DNA of 64,000 nucleotides, from positions 96,001 through 160,000 of the forward strand of contig CAVZLN010000005.1 of NCBI GenBank assembly GCA_963776245.1, written 5' to 3'. Of the stretch, positions 37,204-46,876 are shown one piece after another. The notes beneath the pieces were generated by a model. It made no database searches. It was not told where the DNA came from and saw nothing but the letters and a program-made list of their open reading frames with translations. This DNA is from Candidatus Eiseniibacteriota bacterium (GTDB lineage Bacteria; Eisenbacteria; RBG-16-71-46). A program made the translations under genes and the position numbers. Within the stretch, counting starts at the first letter, position 1. Each line of letters opens with the position of its first letter.

Positions 37204-38244
37204 TCAGCGTGCCGTGGGCTCGTCCGCGCGGCGGACGCGCTGCCCGCGCTCGAGTTCGGCGAGCGCCCGGCGCTGGCCGTCGATCACCACGTCGGTGAAG
37301 GCCGCGGGCAGCCCTTCGCCCCGCAGCGGCTCCGGACCGTTCTGCAGGTGGAAGTGCAGATGCGGCTCGCTCGAGTTGCCCGAGTTCCCGCACCATCCGA
37401 GCGTGTCGCCCGCGGCCACCGAATCGCCCACCACCACGCGCATCCTGCCCGGCTGCAGATGCGCGAGCAGCGAGAACTCGCCGCCCCCGTGGGCGATCAC
37501 CACGCCGTTGCCGATCGGGTGCTCGGGGTCCATCTGCCCCGGCACCTGGTCGGGACGGCCTTCCTGCGCCCACACCACCTGACCCACCGCGGGCGCCAGG
37601 ATCGGCTGCCCGTAGCAGTAGTAGTCCTCGACCCGCTTGCCCTCGCCGCGATGCGTGGAGCCCGCGCGCTGCATCACCAGGTCGTACGCGAAACGCTGGT
37701 CGCGCGACACCGCGTGCCGGTTCTGCTCGACCGTGCGCCCGCCCCAGAACACCGTCCACTCGCCGTGCGCCGGGAAGTCCAGCCGGGTCTGGTTGTGGTA
37801 CTCGAGGAAGCGGCTCTCGGCCGCGCGCGGCGGCTCCGAGGGATCGGGCTTGACGAAGAACCCGGCCACGCGGCCGCGCGCGTCGAACGCGAACTGGAGC
37901 AGCAGCGGCGCGGTCACGCCGGAGAAACGGCAGCGCGCCAGGTACACCAGCATCTCGCCGCTGCGCTCGACGCGCTCGGAGAGGCAGGAGTCGAGCGGCC
38001 CGGTCTGATCGGCGATGGCGCGGAGCGTGGCGGCGAAGCCCGCCGAGTCCCGGAGCGCGGAGCGCATGGCGGGATCGAACTCGGCCCACAGCGGCCCCGG
38101 ATCGGCCGCGCGCACCGCTCCCTGCAGCGCGCGCGCCTTGGCGAGCGCGGCCGCTTCGTCGAACGGCGCGGTGCGCGGGGGCGCGCCCGCGGCGAGCGTG
38201 GACAAGGACGCGAGCACCACCACGAGCGACGCGATCAAACGCAT
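37204..38244 (-). CDS. Secreted M23-family peptidase with extra N-terminal domain
   Basis: Signal peptide; QRFAYD, GNGVVIAH, LAHL, GNSGNSSEPHLHFHLQ. Confidence 0.85.
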   Translation of the reverse strand: MRLIASLVVVLASLSTLAAGAPPRTAPFDEAAALAKARALQGAVRAADPGPLWAEFDPAMRSALRDSAGFAATLRAIADQTGPLDSCLSERVERSGEMLVYLARCRFSGVTAPLLLQFAFDARGRVAGFFVKPDPSEPPRAAESRFLEYHNQTRLDFPAHGEWTVFWGGRTVEQNRHAVSRDQRFAYDLVMQRAGSTHRGEGKRVEDYYCYGQPILAPAVGQVVWAQEGRPDQVPGQMDPEHPIGNGVVIAHGGGEFSLLAHLQPGRMRVVVGDSVAAGDTLGWCGNSGNSSEPHLHFHLQNGPEPLRGEGLPAAFTDVVIDGQRRALAELERGQRVRRADEPTAR

Positions 38245-38269
38245 GTCGGACCTCCGTAGGGGAACCAGC

Positions 38270-39604
38270 TCATCCGTGGGCGCGCGCGGAAGCGACCTGG
38301 GCCAGCACCTGGCGGGCGATGGTCATCGCCGCGTCGGGGCGCGCCAGCTCGGCGGCGGCCGCGCGCATGCCCTCCCGCGCCCTGGCATCCGCGAGCAGCC
38401 TCGCCACCGCCTCCTCGACCGCGCCGACGCTGGCCGCGTGCACCGCCGCGCCCGCCTGCACCAGCACCGCGGCGTTGCGCACCTCCTGCCCCGGCGTGGG
38501 ACGGAAGATGACCATCGGCACGCCCTTCACCAGGGCCTCCGAGCAGGTGAGCCCGCCCGCCTTGCTCACCAGCACGTCGCTCGCCTCGAGCAGCACGTCC
38601 ACCTCGTCGGTGAAGCCGAACACCCGGATGTCACCGCTCGCGGCCGCGGGCAGGGCCCCGACCTGGGCGCGCAGGCGTTCATTGGTGCCGCACACCACCA
38701 CCACCTGGGGCCCGGCCGTCAGCCCGGCGAGCCGTTGCGCCAGGTCGGCGAGCGGGCCCACGCCGCTGCCGCCGCCCATCACCAGCACCACCGGGCGCCG
38801 CGGGGCGAGCCCCATCCGCGCGCGCGCCTCGTCGCGCGGGATGCGTTGCGCGAAGCGCGGCGCCACCGGGATGCCACTGGCCTCGATGCGGGCCCGCGGG
38901 ACGCCGTGGCCCGCCAGGTCGCTGGCCGCGCGCTCGCCGGCCACGAAGTAGCGGTCCACGTTCGGGATCGCCCAGAACGGGTGCGCGGCGAAGTCCGTGA
39001 TGACGCACTCGAGGGGCACCCCGAGCGCGCCGCGCGCGCGCATCGGGCCGAGCGCCTCGACCGGCAGGAAGTGGGTGCACACCACTGCGTCGGGGCGCTC
39101 GCGTCCGACCACGCGGGCGAGCCGGCGCAGGTTGAGGCGGTCCATCAGCCGCGCGCCCGGCGCCGCGCGCATCATCGGCGCGCTCTCCCACGAGCGGTAG
39201 AGCAGTCCCCACAGCCGCGGCGCGCGCGCGGCGAGCAGGTCGTAGCCCTGGGCGTAGGCGGTGCGGTAGAAGCCCGACGCGAACACCAGGGTGTCCACCT
39301 CGCGGATGGTCGCGCTCGGGTCGAGCTGCTGGATAGCGGTGGCGATGGCCTGTGCCGCGCGCCGGTGACCGCTGCCGGCGGTGGCGTGGAGGATGGCGAT
39401 GCGCGGGCCCTGCACCGCGCGCCCCGCGGCCAGCGTGCCGACCGCGACCATGCCGCCCGCCGACTCGGGAAACAGCACCTCGCCCGGCGCGATGGCACGC
39501 CAGCGCCGGCGCCACCACAGCCGCTGCAGGCGCACGCGCGCGCGCCAGCGGCGGGTGAGAGCGTGGGGCAGGCGCAACCGGCCGATGCGGGGCACGCGGA
39601 CCAT
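38270..39604 (-). CDS. MGDG synthase/UgtP-like diacylglycerol glycosyltransferase (GT28)
   Basis: GSGHRRAA, VVCTHFLP, ITDF, GIPV, SKAGGLTCSEAL, PGQEVRNA; AAGGAGG RBS before ATG 39604. Confidence 0.88.
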   Translation of the reverse strand: MVRVPRIGRLRLPHALTRRWRARVRLQRLWWRRRWRAIAPGEVLFPESAGGMVAVGTLAAGRAVQGPRIAILHATAGSGHRRAAQAIATAIQQLDPSATIREVDTLVFASGFYRTAYAQGYDLLAARAPRLWGLLYRSWESAPMMRAAPGARLMDRLNLRRLARVVGRERPDAVVCTHFLPVEALGPMRARGALGVPLECVITDFAAHPFWAIPNVDRYFVAGERAASDLAGHGVPRARIEASGIPVAPRFAQRIPRDEARARMGLAPRRPVVLVMGGGSGVGPLADLAQRLAGLTAGPQVVVVCGTNERLRAQVGALPAAASGDIRVFGFTDEVDVLLEASDVLVSKAGGLTCSEALVKGVPMVIFRPTPGQEVRNAAVLVQAGAAVHAASVGAVEEAVARLLADARAREGMRAAAAELARPDAAMTIARQVLAQVASARAHG

Positions 39605-39612
39605 CTCCTCCT

Positions 39613-39963
39613 TCACGACTGCACGGCGTTGCGGTAGTGACGCAGCCGCAACCCATCGTCGGTCATCTCGAGCGCCACCACGTCGATGCGCACCCAGCGC
39701 ACCCCCTGCGCCTCGAGGGCGAGCGCGGCGCGGCGCAGGCGGTCGCGCTTGCCGTGGTCCACCGCCAGCGCGGCGCCCCCGAAATCGGCGCGGCCCCGGT
39801 ACTTCACTTCGACCAGCACGCGGGTGCTCCCTTCGAGCGCCACCAGATCCACCTCGACGCCGCCGACGCGCACGTTGCGCTCGAGGTCCCTCCAGCCGAG
39901 CAGCGTCAGGTACGCGGCGGCGAACGCCTCGCCCGCCTGCCCGTGCGATCGGGCTGTTCCCAT
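39613..39963 (-). CDS. yraN: YraN family endonuclease-like protein
   Basis: GEAFAAAYL, ERNVR...EVDLV, VEVKYR, RIDVV. Confidence 0.9.
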   Translation of the reverse strand: MGTARSHGQAGEAFAAAYLTLLGWRDLERNVRVGGVEVDLVALEGSTRVLVEVKYRGRADFGGAALAVDHGKRDRLRRAALALEAQGVRWVRIDVVALEMTDDGLRLRHYRNAVQS

Positions 39964-40042
39964 CGGATACTCCCGCGGGGGCGGGCCACGGGGACCGGAG
40001 GCGCGCGCAGTCTACCCGATGGGCGGCCGCGATGCGCGCCGC

Positions 40043-40675
40043 TCACCCGAGCGGCAGCTCGAGGGTGCGGACGGGGGCGAACGAGTAGCGGTGGAGCGGG
40101 CAGGGGCCGTGGCGCTCGATGGCCGCCAGATGGTCGGCGGTGCCGTAGCCCTTGTGGCGCGCGAAGCCGTACACCGGATACACGCGGTCGAGGCGCTCCA
40201 TGATGCGGTCGCGGACCACCTTGGCGAGCACCGACGCGGCCGCGATCGAGAGCATGCGCGCGTCCCCGCCGATCACGGTCTGCTGCTCGCAGACGAGACC
40301 GGGCACCTCGCTGTCCCCGTCCACCAGCACCAGCGAGGGCGGCAGGCTCAGGCGCGTGACGGCGCGGCGCATCGCCTCCAGCGAGGCGCGGCGGATGTTG
40401 AGCCGGTCGATGGCGCGCGGGCCCACGACGCCCCACGCGAATGCCCGGGCCTCGATGAGGACCCGGGCATAGAGCTCGTCGCGCTTCTCGGCGGTCAGCT
40501 TCTTGCTGTCGTCGAGACCTTCGCACCAGTCACCGGGCGCGAGCACCACCGCGGCGGCGACCACCGGTCCGGCGAGCGGCCCGCGACCGGCCTCGTCCAC
40601 CCCCGCCACCGTCGCGCCCTCGCCCGCCAGCAGCGATTCGGCGCGGGCCAGCCGGCGCCAGGGCGACTCGGTCAC
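40043..40675 (-). CDS. rnhB: Ribonuclease HII
   Basis: AGVDEAGRGPLAGPV, DDSKKL, SIAAASVLAKV, HKGYGT. Confidence 0.95.
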   Translation of the reverse strand: MTESPWRRLARAESLLAGEGATVAGVDEAGRGPLAGPVVAAAVVLAPGDWCEGLDDSKKLTAEKRDELYARVLIEARAFAWGVVGPRAIDRLNIRRASLEAMRRAVTRLSLPPSLVLVDGDSEVPGLVCEQQTVIGGDARMLSIAAASVLAKVVRDRIMERLDRVYPVYGFARHKGYGTADHLAAIERHGPCPLHRYSFAPVRTLELPLG

Positions 40676-41037
40676 TTCGGGCTGGTCGCTCCGGTCGAGC
40701 GCTTCTCGGAGAGGCGCGCGGCCTTGCCGGTCTTCTTGCGCAGGTAGAAGAGCTTCGCGCGGCGCACCTTGGACTGCCGGATGAGCTTGATCTCGGCGAC
40801 CGTCGGGCTGTGGAGCGGGAAGGTGCGCTCCACGCCGATGCCGTCGGAGATCTTGCGGACCGTGAAGGTCTTGCGCAGCCCGGCGCCGCGGACGTTGATG
40901 ACGTCGCCGCGGAACTTCTGCTGGCGCGACTTGTCGCCCTCGACCACGAGCACCGACACCTCGACCGTGTCGCCGGGGCGCAGGTCGGGACGGTCGCTCT
41001 TGGTGTGGACGGCTTCGAGCTTCTCGATGAGGCCCAT
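40672..41037 (-). CDS. rplS: 50S ribosomal protein L19
   Basis: RPGDTVEV, TFTVRKISDGIGVERTFPLHSP, KVRRAKLFYLR. Confidence 0.97.
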   Translation of the reverse strand: MGLIEKLEAVHTKSDRPDLRPGDTVEVSVLVVEGDKSRQQKFRGDVINVRGAGLRKTFTVRKISDGIGVERTFPLHSPTVAEIKLIRQSKVRRAKLFYLRKKTGKAARLSEKRSTGATSPK

Positions 41038-41096
41038 CTCCGGGCTCCTTTCCAATGGATCGTGCCCGGGACATCCCAGGGCGATTGCGGCCGCGG

Positions 41097-41137
41097 AGTA
41101 TAGGCGAAGGGGCGGACTCCCGCCAAATCGGGAGTCC
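41097..41137 (-). promoter_or_regulatory. Putative rplS promoter with inverted repeat over the -35
   Basis: TTGGCG-N18-TATACT; GGACTCCCG-N6-CGGGAGTCC at 41114-41137. Confidence 0.5.
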
Positions 41138-41241
41138 CCGCCCGCGGTGCGGGCCGCGCCGGCCGCGCCCGGCACGGCCTCCCGGCGGCGGTCGGCGGCG
41201 GCCCGTTGGCCTGCTCCCCCGCATCGGCTAGGCTGCGCGCG

Positions 41242-42639
41242 ATGTTCGCTCGCAGCCGCCAGCTCCTCGCCACCGGGATCTTCGTGCTCGACGCCGCGCT
41301 CATCTACGGCGCGTGGCTCGGGGCGTATGGGCTGCGCTTCCACGCGCTCGGGCTGCCCGCGCCGCTCGGGATCCCGCCGTTCTCGCTCTACCTGTGGAGC
41401 GGCGCGGTGCTCACCCCGGTCGCGCTCCTGATCCTGCGCACGCTGCGGGTCTATCGCTCGGCCCGCACCGCGCGGCTCTCGCTCGAGCTCTATCACGTCG
41501 CGGTCGCCATGCTCATCACCGCGGGGATCGCGGGCGTGGGCTCGTTCTACGCGCGCGGCGAGCTGTCGCGCTCGATGGTGCTGGTGTTCCTGCTGCTCTC
41601 GACCACCGCCCTGGGCGCGAGCCGGCTCGGCCTGCGCATCGTGCTCCGCGCGCTGCGCCGCGCCGGGCGCAACCTGCGCCACGTGCTCATCGTCGGTACC
41701 GGCGAGCTGGCCCAGCTGCTGATCGCGAAGATCCACTCCCATGACGACTTCGGCCTGCGCATCGAGGGCCTGGTGGCGGCGCGCGCGGAGGAGGTGGGCA
41801 CGCGGATCGGCGGCCACCCGGTGGTGGGCGCGGTGTCCGACCTCCAGCGGCTGGTCGAGAGCACCGGGGCCGAGATCGTGTACCTGGCGCTCCCGCGCGC
41901 CGAGTACGAGGCCGAGCACGCGGCGCTGACGCGGCTCGCGGACTCCACCGCCGCGGTGCGGCTGGTGCCCGACCTGACCACCGCGTTCCGGCTCAATGCC
42001 AGTGTCGAGGACTTCGACGGCATGCCGGTGGTGCTGGTCACCGAGACCCCGGAGCAGGGATGGAACGCGTTCCTCAAGCGCGGGTTCGATCTGCTGGTGT
42101 CCGCCCTCGCGCTGCTGCTGCTCTCGCCGCTGCTGCTGGTGCTGGCGCTGCTCGTGAAGCTCGACTCGCCCGGGCCGGTGCTCTACCGCCAGGAGCGCGT
42201 GGGCATGAGCGGGCGGCGCTTCCGCATGCTCAAGTTCCGCAGCATGCGCGTGGACGCCGAGGCGCACGGGCCCGGCTGGTCCACGCCCGACGACCCGCGG
42301 CGCACCCGGCTCGGCGGCACGCTGCGGCGGCTCTCGCTCGACGAGCTGCCGCAGCTCTGGAACGTGTTCGTCGGCGACATGAGCCTGGTGGGACCGCGCC
42401 CCGAGCAGCCGGTGTACGTCGAGCGCTTCCGCGCCGCGTTCCCGCGCTACATGCTGCGCCACCACATGAAGGCCGGCATGACGGGCTGGGCGCAGGTGAA
42501 CGGCCTGCGCGGCGACACGCCGCTCGAGCAGCGCATCGAGTTCGACCTCCACTACATCAAGAACTGGTCGCTCGGCTTCGACCTGAGGATCCTCGCACTC
42601 ACCGTGGTGCGCGTGTTCCGCGACGCCAGCGCGAACTGA
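41242..42639 (+). CDS. Undecaprenyl-phosphate glucose phosphotransferase (WcaJ family)
   Basis: LKRGFD, KFRSM, SLDELPQLWNV, MSLVGPRPE, GMTGWAQVNG. Confidence 0.92.
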   Translation: MFARSRQLLATGIFVLDAALIYGAWLGAYGLRFHALGLPAPLGIPPFSLYLWSGAVLTPVALLILRTLRVYRSARTARLSLELYHVAVAMLITAGIAGVGSFYARGELSRSMVLVFLLLSTTALGASRLGLRIVLRALRRAGRNLRHVLIVGTGELAQLLIAKIHSHDDFGLRIEGLVAARAEEVGTRIGGHPVVGAVSDLQRLVESTGAEIVYLALPRAEYEAEHAALTRLADSTAAVRLVPDLTTAFRLNASVEDFDGMPVVLVTETPEQGWNAFLKRGFDLLVSALALLLLSPLLLVLALLVKLDSPGPVLYRQERVGMSGRRFRMLKFRSMRVDAEAHGPGWSTPDDPRRTRLGGTLRRLSLDELPQLWNVFVGDMSLVGPRPEQPVYVERFRAAFPRYMLRHHMKAGMTGWAQVNGLRGDTPLEQRIEFDLHYIKNWSLGFDLRILALTVVRVFRDASAN

Positions 42640-42673
42640 GCGCGGCGGGCGTGCCGGCCGGGGTCGCGGCGCA

Positions 42674-44317
42674 TCAGCGATAGAGCTCGAACAGCGCGGT
42701 CTCGCCGCAGCGCGTCCAGTTGGCCCGCACCCACGCCACGATCATGTAGTGGCTCGGGCGCAGTTCGATGAACCCATCGCACAGCGGATAGGCCTCGCAC
42801 TTCTGGACGATCACGGTGAGCCGGCCGCGGCGCGATCCGAGATCGCGGATCACGCGCTGGAACAGCCGTGGCGAGCCGAGTTCGGTGTCCTGCGGCCAGT
42901 CGAGCAGGAGCGGGTTGAGCTGCGGCGCCCGCACCCACCACGCGGCCAGATCGGGCACGATCGCGTAGCGCTCTCCTCCCGCGAGCGCGATCGCGTGGCG
43001 CAGGTCGGTGAGGAATGCGGCGGTGTTGAGGTTGGTGCGCAGCAGGCGGCCCCCCGGCAGCAGATGGTCGAGTGGCCGGTCCAGTTGCTCGATCGGCCGG
43101 TCGCGGTAGACCAGTTCGTGGCGCGCGCGCCACCACTGCGGCGCTCCCGCCAGCACGCCGAGCACCAGCAGCGCGGTCGTCAGGTTGCGTGAGCCGCCCG
43201 CGGCCGGCTGCGCCGCCAGCGCGATCGCCAGCGCGCCCGCGGCAAGCGCCGGGCTGGTGATGCCGATCGAGACCGAGGTGGACCACGCCACCACCAGCGC
43301 GAGTGCGGCCAGCCGCGCCGGCGCGGTCGGCCCGGCGCTCGCCAGCGACCCGAGGGCCGCTCCCGCGAGCGCGCCGAACAACAGGAACGGCATGGTCTCG
43401 TTGTAGCCCAGGTGCGCCACCTCGACCGCCGCGGCCATCGGCGTGCCCAGCACGAGCGCGACGCCCAGCGCCGCCAGCACCGCGGCGCCGCGAGCGCGCC
43501 GCGGGACGCGCGCGAGCAGCGCCGCGGCCGCGCCGAGCGCGAAGCCGATCCACAGGTGCGGCGAGCGCAGGTACGGTTCGATCCCGTAGCGGATGAGGTC
43601 CGTCTTCGAGCCCAACTGCGCCAGCGCGTCGGGCAGCGCGCCGCCCGCCACCAGCCACAGCGCATACGCCGCCCACGGGGCGACCAGCGCCAGCCAGCAG
43701 CGCATGTCGCGGCCGCGTCCCAGCAGCAGCAGCGCCAGCGGGCCCACCAGCAGGAAGTTCTGCCGGCACACAGCGGACGCGCCCAGCAGCACGGCTCCGG
43801 CGACGCGCGCCGCGCCAGCGCGGCGCACCGCCAGCGCGATGCCGATCGAGGCCAGCGCCAGCGCGTCGATCGAGTGCCACGCCATGATCGCGAAGTGGTA
43901 GCTGGTCAGGAACGCGGCGAGGAGCGAGAGCGCGAGCGTGCCCGCCAGGCTCCAGCCCGGCGCGGCGAGGGCCGCGGCCGCCAGCATCCACGCCGCGGCG
44001 ATCGCCGCGAACTCGAGCCACACCACCAGCCGCGACAGCCAGAAGGTGAGGTCCCCGCCGAGCAGGACGACCGGCGCGTGCAGCAGCGCCGAGCCCACCG
44101 GCCGGATGGCGATGAAGTCGCGGTGCGGCATCTCGCCCGCCAGCACGCGCCGGCTGTACGCCAGCACGAAGCCATCGTCGGTGGGGTTGAAGCCTCCACG
44201 CGAGAAGGACAGGTGTGCCACGATCGCGAACCCGAGCAGCACCACCGCGGGCGCCCACGCCGGCACGCCGCCCGCGCGGACCGCGGGCGCCGGCGCGGCC
44301 ACGCTCGGCTTCTTCAT
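42674..44317 (-). CDS. Multi-pass membrane protein, possible GT-C glycosyltransferase
   Basis: DDGFVLAYSRRVLAGEMPHRDF loop after the first TM; more than 10 TM segments. Confidence 0.6.
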   Translation of the reverse strand: MKKPSVAAPAPAVRAGGVPAWAPAVVLLGFAIVAHLSFSRGGFNPTDDGFVLAYSRRVLAGEMPHRDFIAIRPVGSALLHAPVVLLGGDLTFWLSRLVVWLEFAAIAAAWMLAAAALAAPGWSLAGTLALSLLAAFLTSYHFAIMAWHSIDALALASIGIALAVRRAGAARVAGAVLLGASAVCRQNFLLVGPLALLLLGRGRDMRCWLALVAPWAAYALWLVAGGALPDALAQLGSKTDLIRYGIEPYLRSPHLWIGFALGAAAALLARVPRRARGAAVLAALGVALVLGTPMAAAVEVAHLGYNETMPFLLFGALAGAALGSLASAGPTAPARLAALALVVAWSTSVSIGITSPALAAGALAIALAAQPAAGGSRNLTTALLVLGVLAGAPQWWRARHELVYRDRPIEQLDRPLDHLLPGGRLLRTNLNTAAFLTDLRHAIALAGGERYAIVPDLAAWWVRAPQLNPLLLDWPQDTELGSPRLFQRVIRDLGSRRGRLTVIVQKCEAYPLCDGFIELRPSHYMIVAWVRANWTRCGETALFELYR

Positions 44318-44345
44318 GCGATCCCTCCCGGTCCGCCGATCGCCG

Positions 44346-45479
44346 TCAGGCCACGACCGAGCGATAGACGGCCATCGTGCGGTCCACGCAGCGCGCCCAG
44401 GTGAACCCGGTCGCCCGCTCGCTCGCGCGGCGGGCGAGGTCCGCCCGCGCACGGTCGTCCTCGACGATCCGCGTCATGGCGCGGACCAGATCGCCCTCGT
44501 CGCGGGGTTCGATCAGGATCCCCGCGTCCCCCACCACCTCGGGCAGGGAGGACGCGTCGGAGCAGATCACCGGCACGCCGCACGCCATGGCTTCCAGCGG
44601 AGGCAGGCCGAAGCCTTCGTAGAATGACGGGTAGACGAGGGCCGACGCGCCCGCCAGCAGTGTGGCCAGTTCGGGGCGGGGCAGGTAGCCCAGTTGCCGG
44701 ACCTCACCACTCCGCACCAGCGGTGCCAGCTGCTCCTCGAGCGCCTTGGTGTGCCAGCCCTTCATGCCGATCACGACCAGCGGGTGGGCCTGCTGGATCT
44801 TCGCGGGCAGTCGCTGGTAGGCGTTCAGCGCGAGCGACAGGTTCTTGCGGGGCTCCAGCGTGCCCACCGCCAGGAAGTACCGGCCGTGCGTCAGCTGGTG
44901 CCGCCCGAGGACGTCCGCGGTCTGCGCCGCGGAGCGTGGGGTGAACATGGGCTCCACCCCGAGTGGGATGGGCGTGATCCGCCCGGGAGCGATGCCGAAC
45001 AGCTCGATCAGCTCCTGCTGGATGAAGGCCGAGTCCGTGATGATGGCGCTGGCCTGCTTCAAGCCCCGCTCGAAATAGCGGCCCAGGGACATCACGCGCT
45101 CGGCCGGGTGCGCCTCGGGGTAGCGGATCCACGACAGGTCGTGGACGGTGACCACCGTGGGCCCCTCGAACCGCAGCGGCAGGTTGTTGGGCTCGTGATA
45201 CAGGTCGAACTTGCCGCGCCCGGCGCCGCGCGAGAACAGGAAGTTCTGGATCCGGCGCCGGAGCGCATAGGAGTGGGGCAGCCGGCCCCGCAACCACGGA
45301 AGCAGCTTGGCCGAGGCCGGCGAGTGGGAGGTGCGAAGGCGCGTGTCCCAACGGCTCCCGTAGAAGAACCCGATCTCCAGGCCAGGCTGCTCCAGCAGCC
45401 CCTGCGCCAGATGGACGCAGTACTGGCCGATGCCCGTGAGGGGGCTGAGCAACGCCGTCGCGTTGATGGCGAGGCGCAT
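44346..45479 (-). CDS. Glycosyltransferase family 4
   Basis: TGIGQY, TVHDL, VGTLEPRKN, YEGFGLPPLEAM. Confidence 0.92.
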   Translation of the reverse strand: MRLAINATALLSPLTGIGQYCVHLAQGLLEQPGLEIGFFYGSRWDTRLRTSHSPASAKLLPWLRGRLPHSYALRRRIQNFLFSRGAGRGKFDLYHEPNNLPLRFEGPTVVTVHDLSWIRYPEAHPAERVMSLGRYFERGLKQASAIITDSAFIQQELIELFGIAPGRITPIPLGVEPMFTPRSAAQTADVLGRHQLTHGRYFLAVGTLEPRKNLSLALNAYQRLPAKIQQAHPLVVIGMKGWHTKALEEQLAPLVRSGEVRQLGYLPRPELATLLAGASALVYPSFYEGFGLPPLEAMACGVPVICSDASSLPEVVGDAGILIEPRDEGDLVRAMTRIVEDDRARADLARRASERATGFTWARCVDRTMAVYRSVVA

Positions 45480-46817
45480 TCAGGCGGTCCCCTTGCGCTT
45501 CTCGATCGCCTCGCGGAACACCTCGAGGTAGCGGCGGCCGACGCCCTCCCAGGTGGAAAGCGAGATGGCCTGCTCCGAGCGGGCGGCCATCGCCAGCATG
45601 CCTTCCGGGTCGCGGAGCGCGCGCGCGATCGCGTCCGCCATGGACTCAGGGTCGAGCGGATCGAAGGTCAGAGCCTCGACCCCGAGCACCTCGAGCTGCT
45701 CGAGGAACGGCGGGATGTTCGAGAACGCGACCGGGACCCGGGACTTCCAGGCGTCCATGGCCGGCCCGCAGCCCGCCTCGTACAGCGAAGCCGACACCAG
45801 CAGGCTCGCGGACTGCGTCAGGGCGTCGATCTCGGCATCCGAGACGTAGCCGAGCGCCAGCACATCCTCGCCGAGGACCAGGCCGGCCCGCTGGAGCGCG
45901 TCCTGGATGGAACGGATGTGGCCTTCGGGCGCGTCGCGTCCGATCTCGTCGGTGCCGATCCCCGCGATGACGAACTTCGGGGCCTCCGCGCCCATCCGCG
46001 ACTTCAGGACTCCGGCGGCCTCGACGTAGGTCAGCAGATTCTTGTGGCGGGTCATGTTCGCCGGATAGATCACGAAGGGCCGGCCGGTCAGCCCGAAGCG
46101 CTCGAGCGCGGCCCGCCGCTGCTCGGCGTCCACCTCCCGCGCCGAGTACGGGGCGAGGTAGACCACTCGCACCTTCGGTTCGACCTCGGGGAACGCCTCC
46201 ACCAGATCGCCCTTCATGAATCGGGTGGACGTCACCGCGATCTCGGCTCGATGGCTCCAGAATCGGAAGTCGCGGTCCCACTTCTGCCAGTCGGCGGTCG
46301 AGAAGTTCTCGGGGAACCGGCGGTAGTTGAGATCGTGGAACGTCCCCACCACGGCGGCGCGGGTCTCGAACGGCTCGAGCCACAGCGGCAGCGCGAGGTA
46401 CACCACGTCGTAGGAGTCCAGTCTCGCGACCGCATCGCGCGGCATCGAGAACATGGTCCAGAGCTTCTCGCCCCCGAGCCGGGCGCGCGCGCGGGCGCGC
46501 GTGCGGGTGAAGAGCCCATGGAGGGCCGGCCACCGCTTCACGAGGTCGCGGGCGAGCCGCCACGCGAGGCCTTTCTCGGGCTCGACCTCGGCTCGCTGCC
46601 GGGCGTGGCCGGCCACCGCCGGATCCCGGAGCGGGATGATCCCGACCCGCGTGCCCGCGAAGAACCGCTCGAGGCCGTCGAGCTCGATCAGGGTCTGGTC
46701 GGCGAAGAAGTCGAGCTCGACGGAGGGATCAGCGCGCAGGATCCCGTCGATCAGCCCGTAGGCGAACCGCGTGATCCCGCCGGACGCCGTCACCTGGAGC
46801 ACGACCGCGATGCGCAC
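45480..46817 (-). CDS. Glycosyltransferase family 4
   Basis: TFHDL, YPANMTRHKN, SLYEAGCGPAMDA. Confidence 0.85.
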   Translation of the reverse strand: MRIAVVLQVTASGGITRFAYGLIDGILRADPSVELDFFADQTLIELDGLERFFAGTRVGIIPLRDPAVAGHARQRAEVEPEKGLAWRLARDLVKRWPALHGLFTRTRARARARLGGEKLWTMFSMPRDAVARLDSYDVVYLALPLWLEPFETRAAVVGTFHDLNYRRFPENFSTADWQKWDRDFRFWSHRAEIAVTSTRFMKGDLVEAFPEVEPKVRVVYLAPYSAREVDAEQRRAALERFGLTGRPFVIYPANMTRHKNLLTYVEAAGVLKSRMGAEAPKFVIAGIGTDEIGRDAPEGHIRSIQDALQRAGLVLGEDVLALGYVSDAEIDALTQSASLLVSASLYEAGCGPAMDAWKSRVPVAFSNIPPFLEQLEVLGVEALTFDPLDPESMADAIARALRDPEGMLAMAARSEQAISLSTWEGVGRRYLEVFREAIEKRKGTA

Positions 46818-46876
46818 GGGTCAGTCCCTACGCACCGGGGCGGAGCGCGGCCGCGAGCGGAACGCGCGGCGCTCGA

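Noticed and set aside
40672..42552. 626-aa ORF ending in L19 as a large ribosomal-protein fusion
   Set aside because: The upstream part is antisense to wcaJ; rplS has its own AAGGAG RBS and ATG at 41037.
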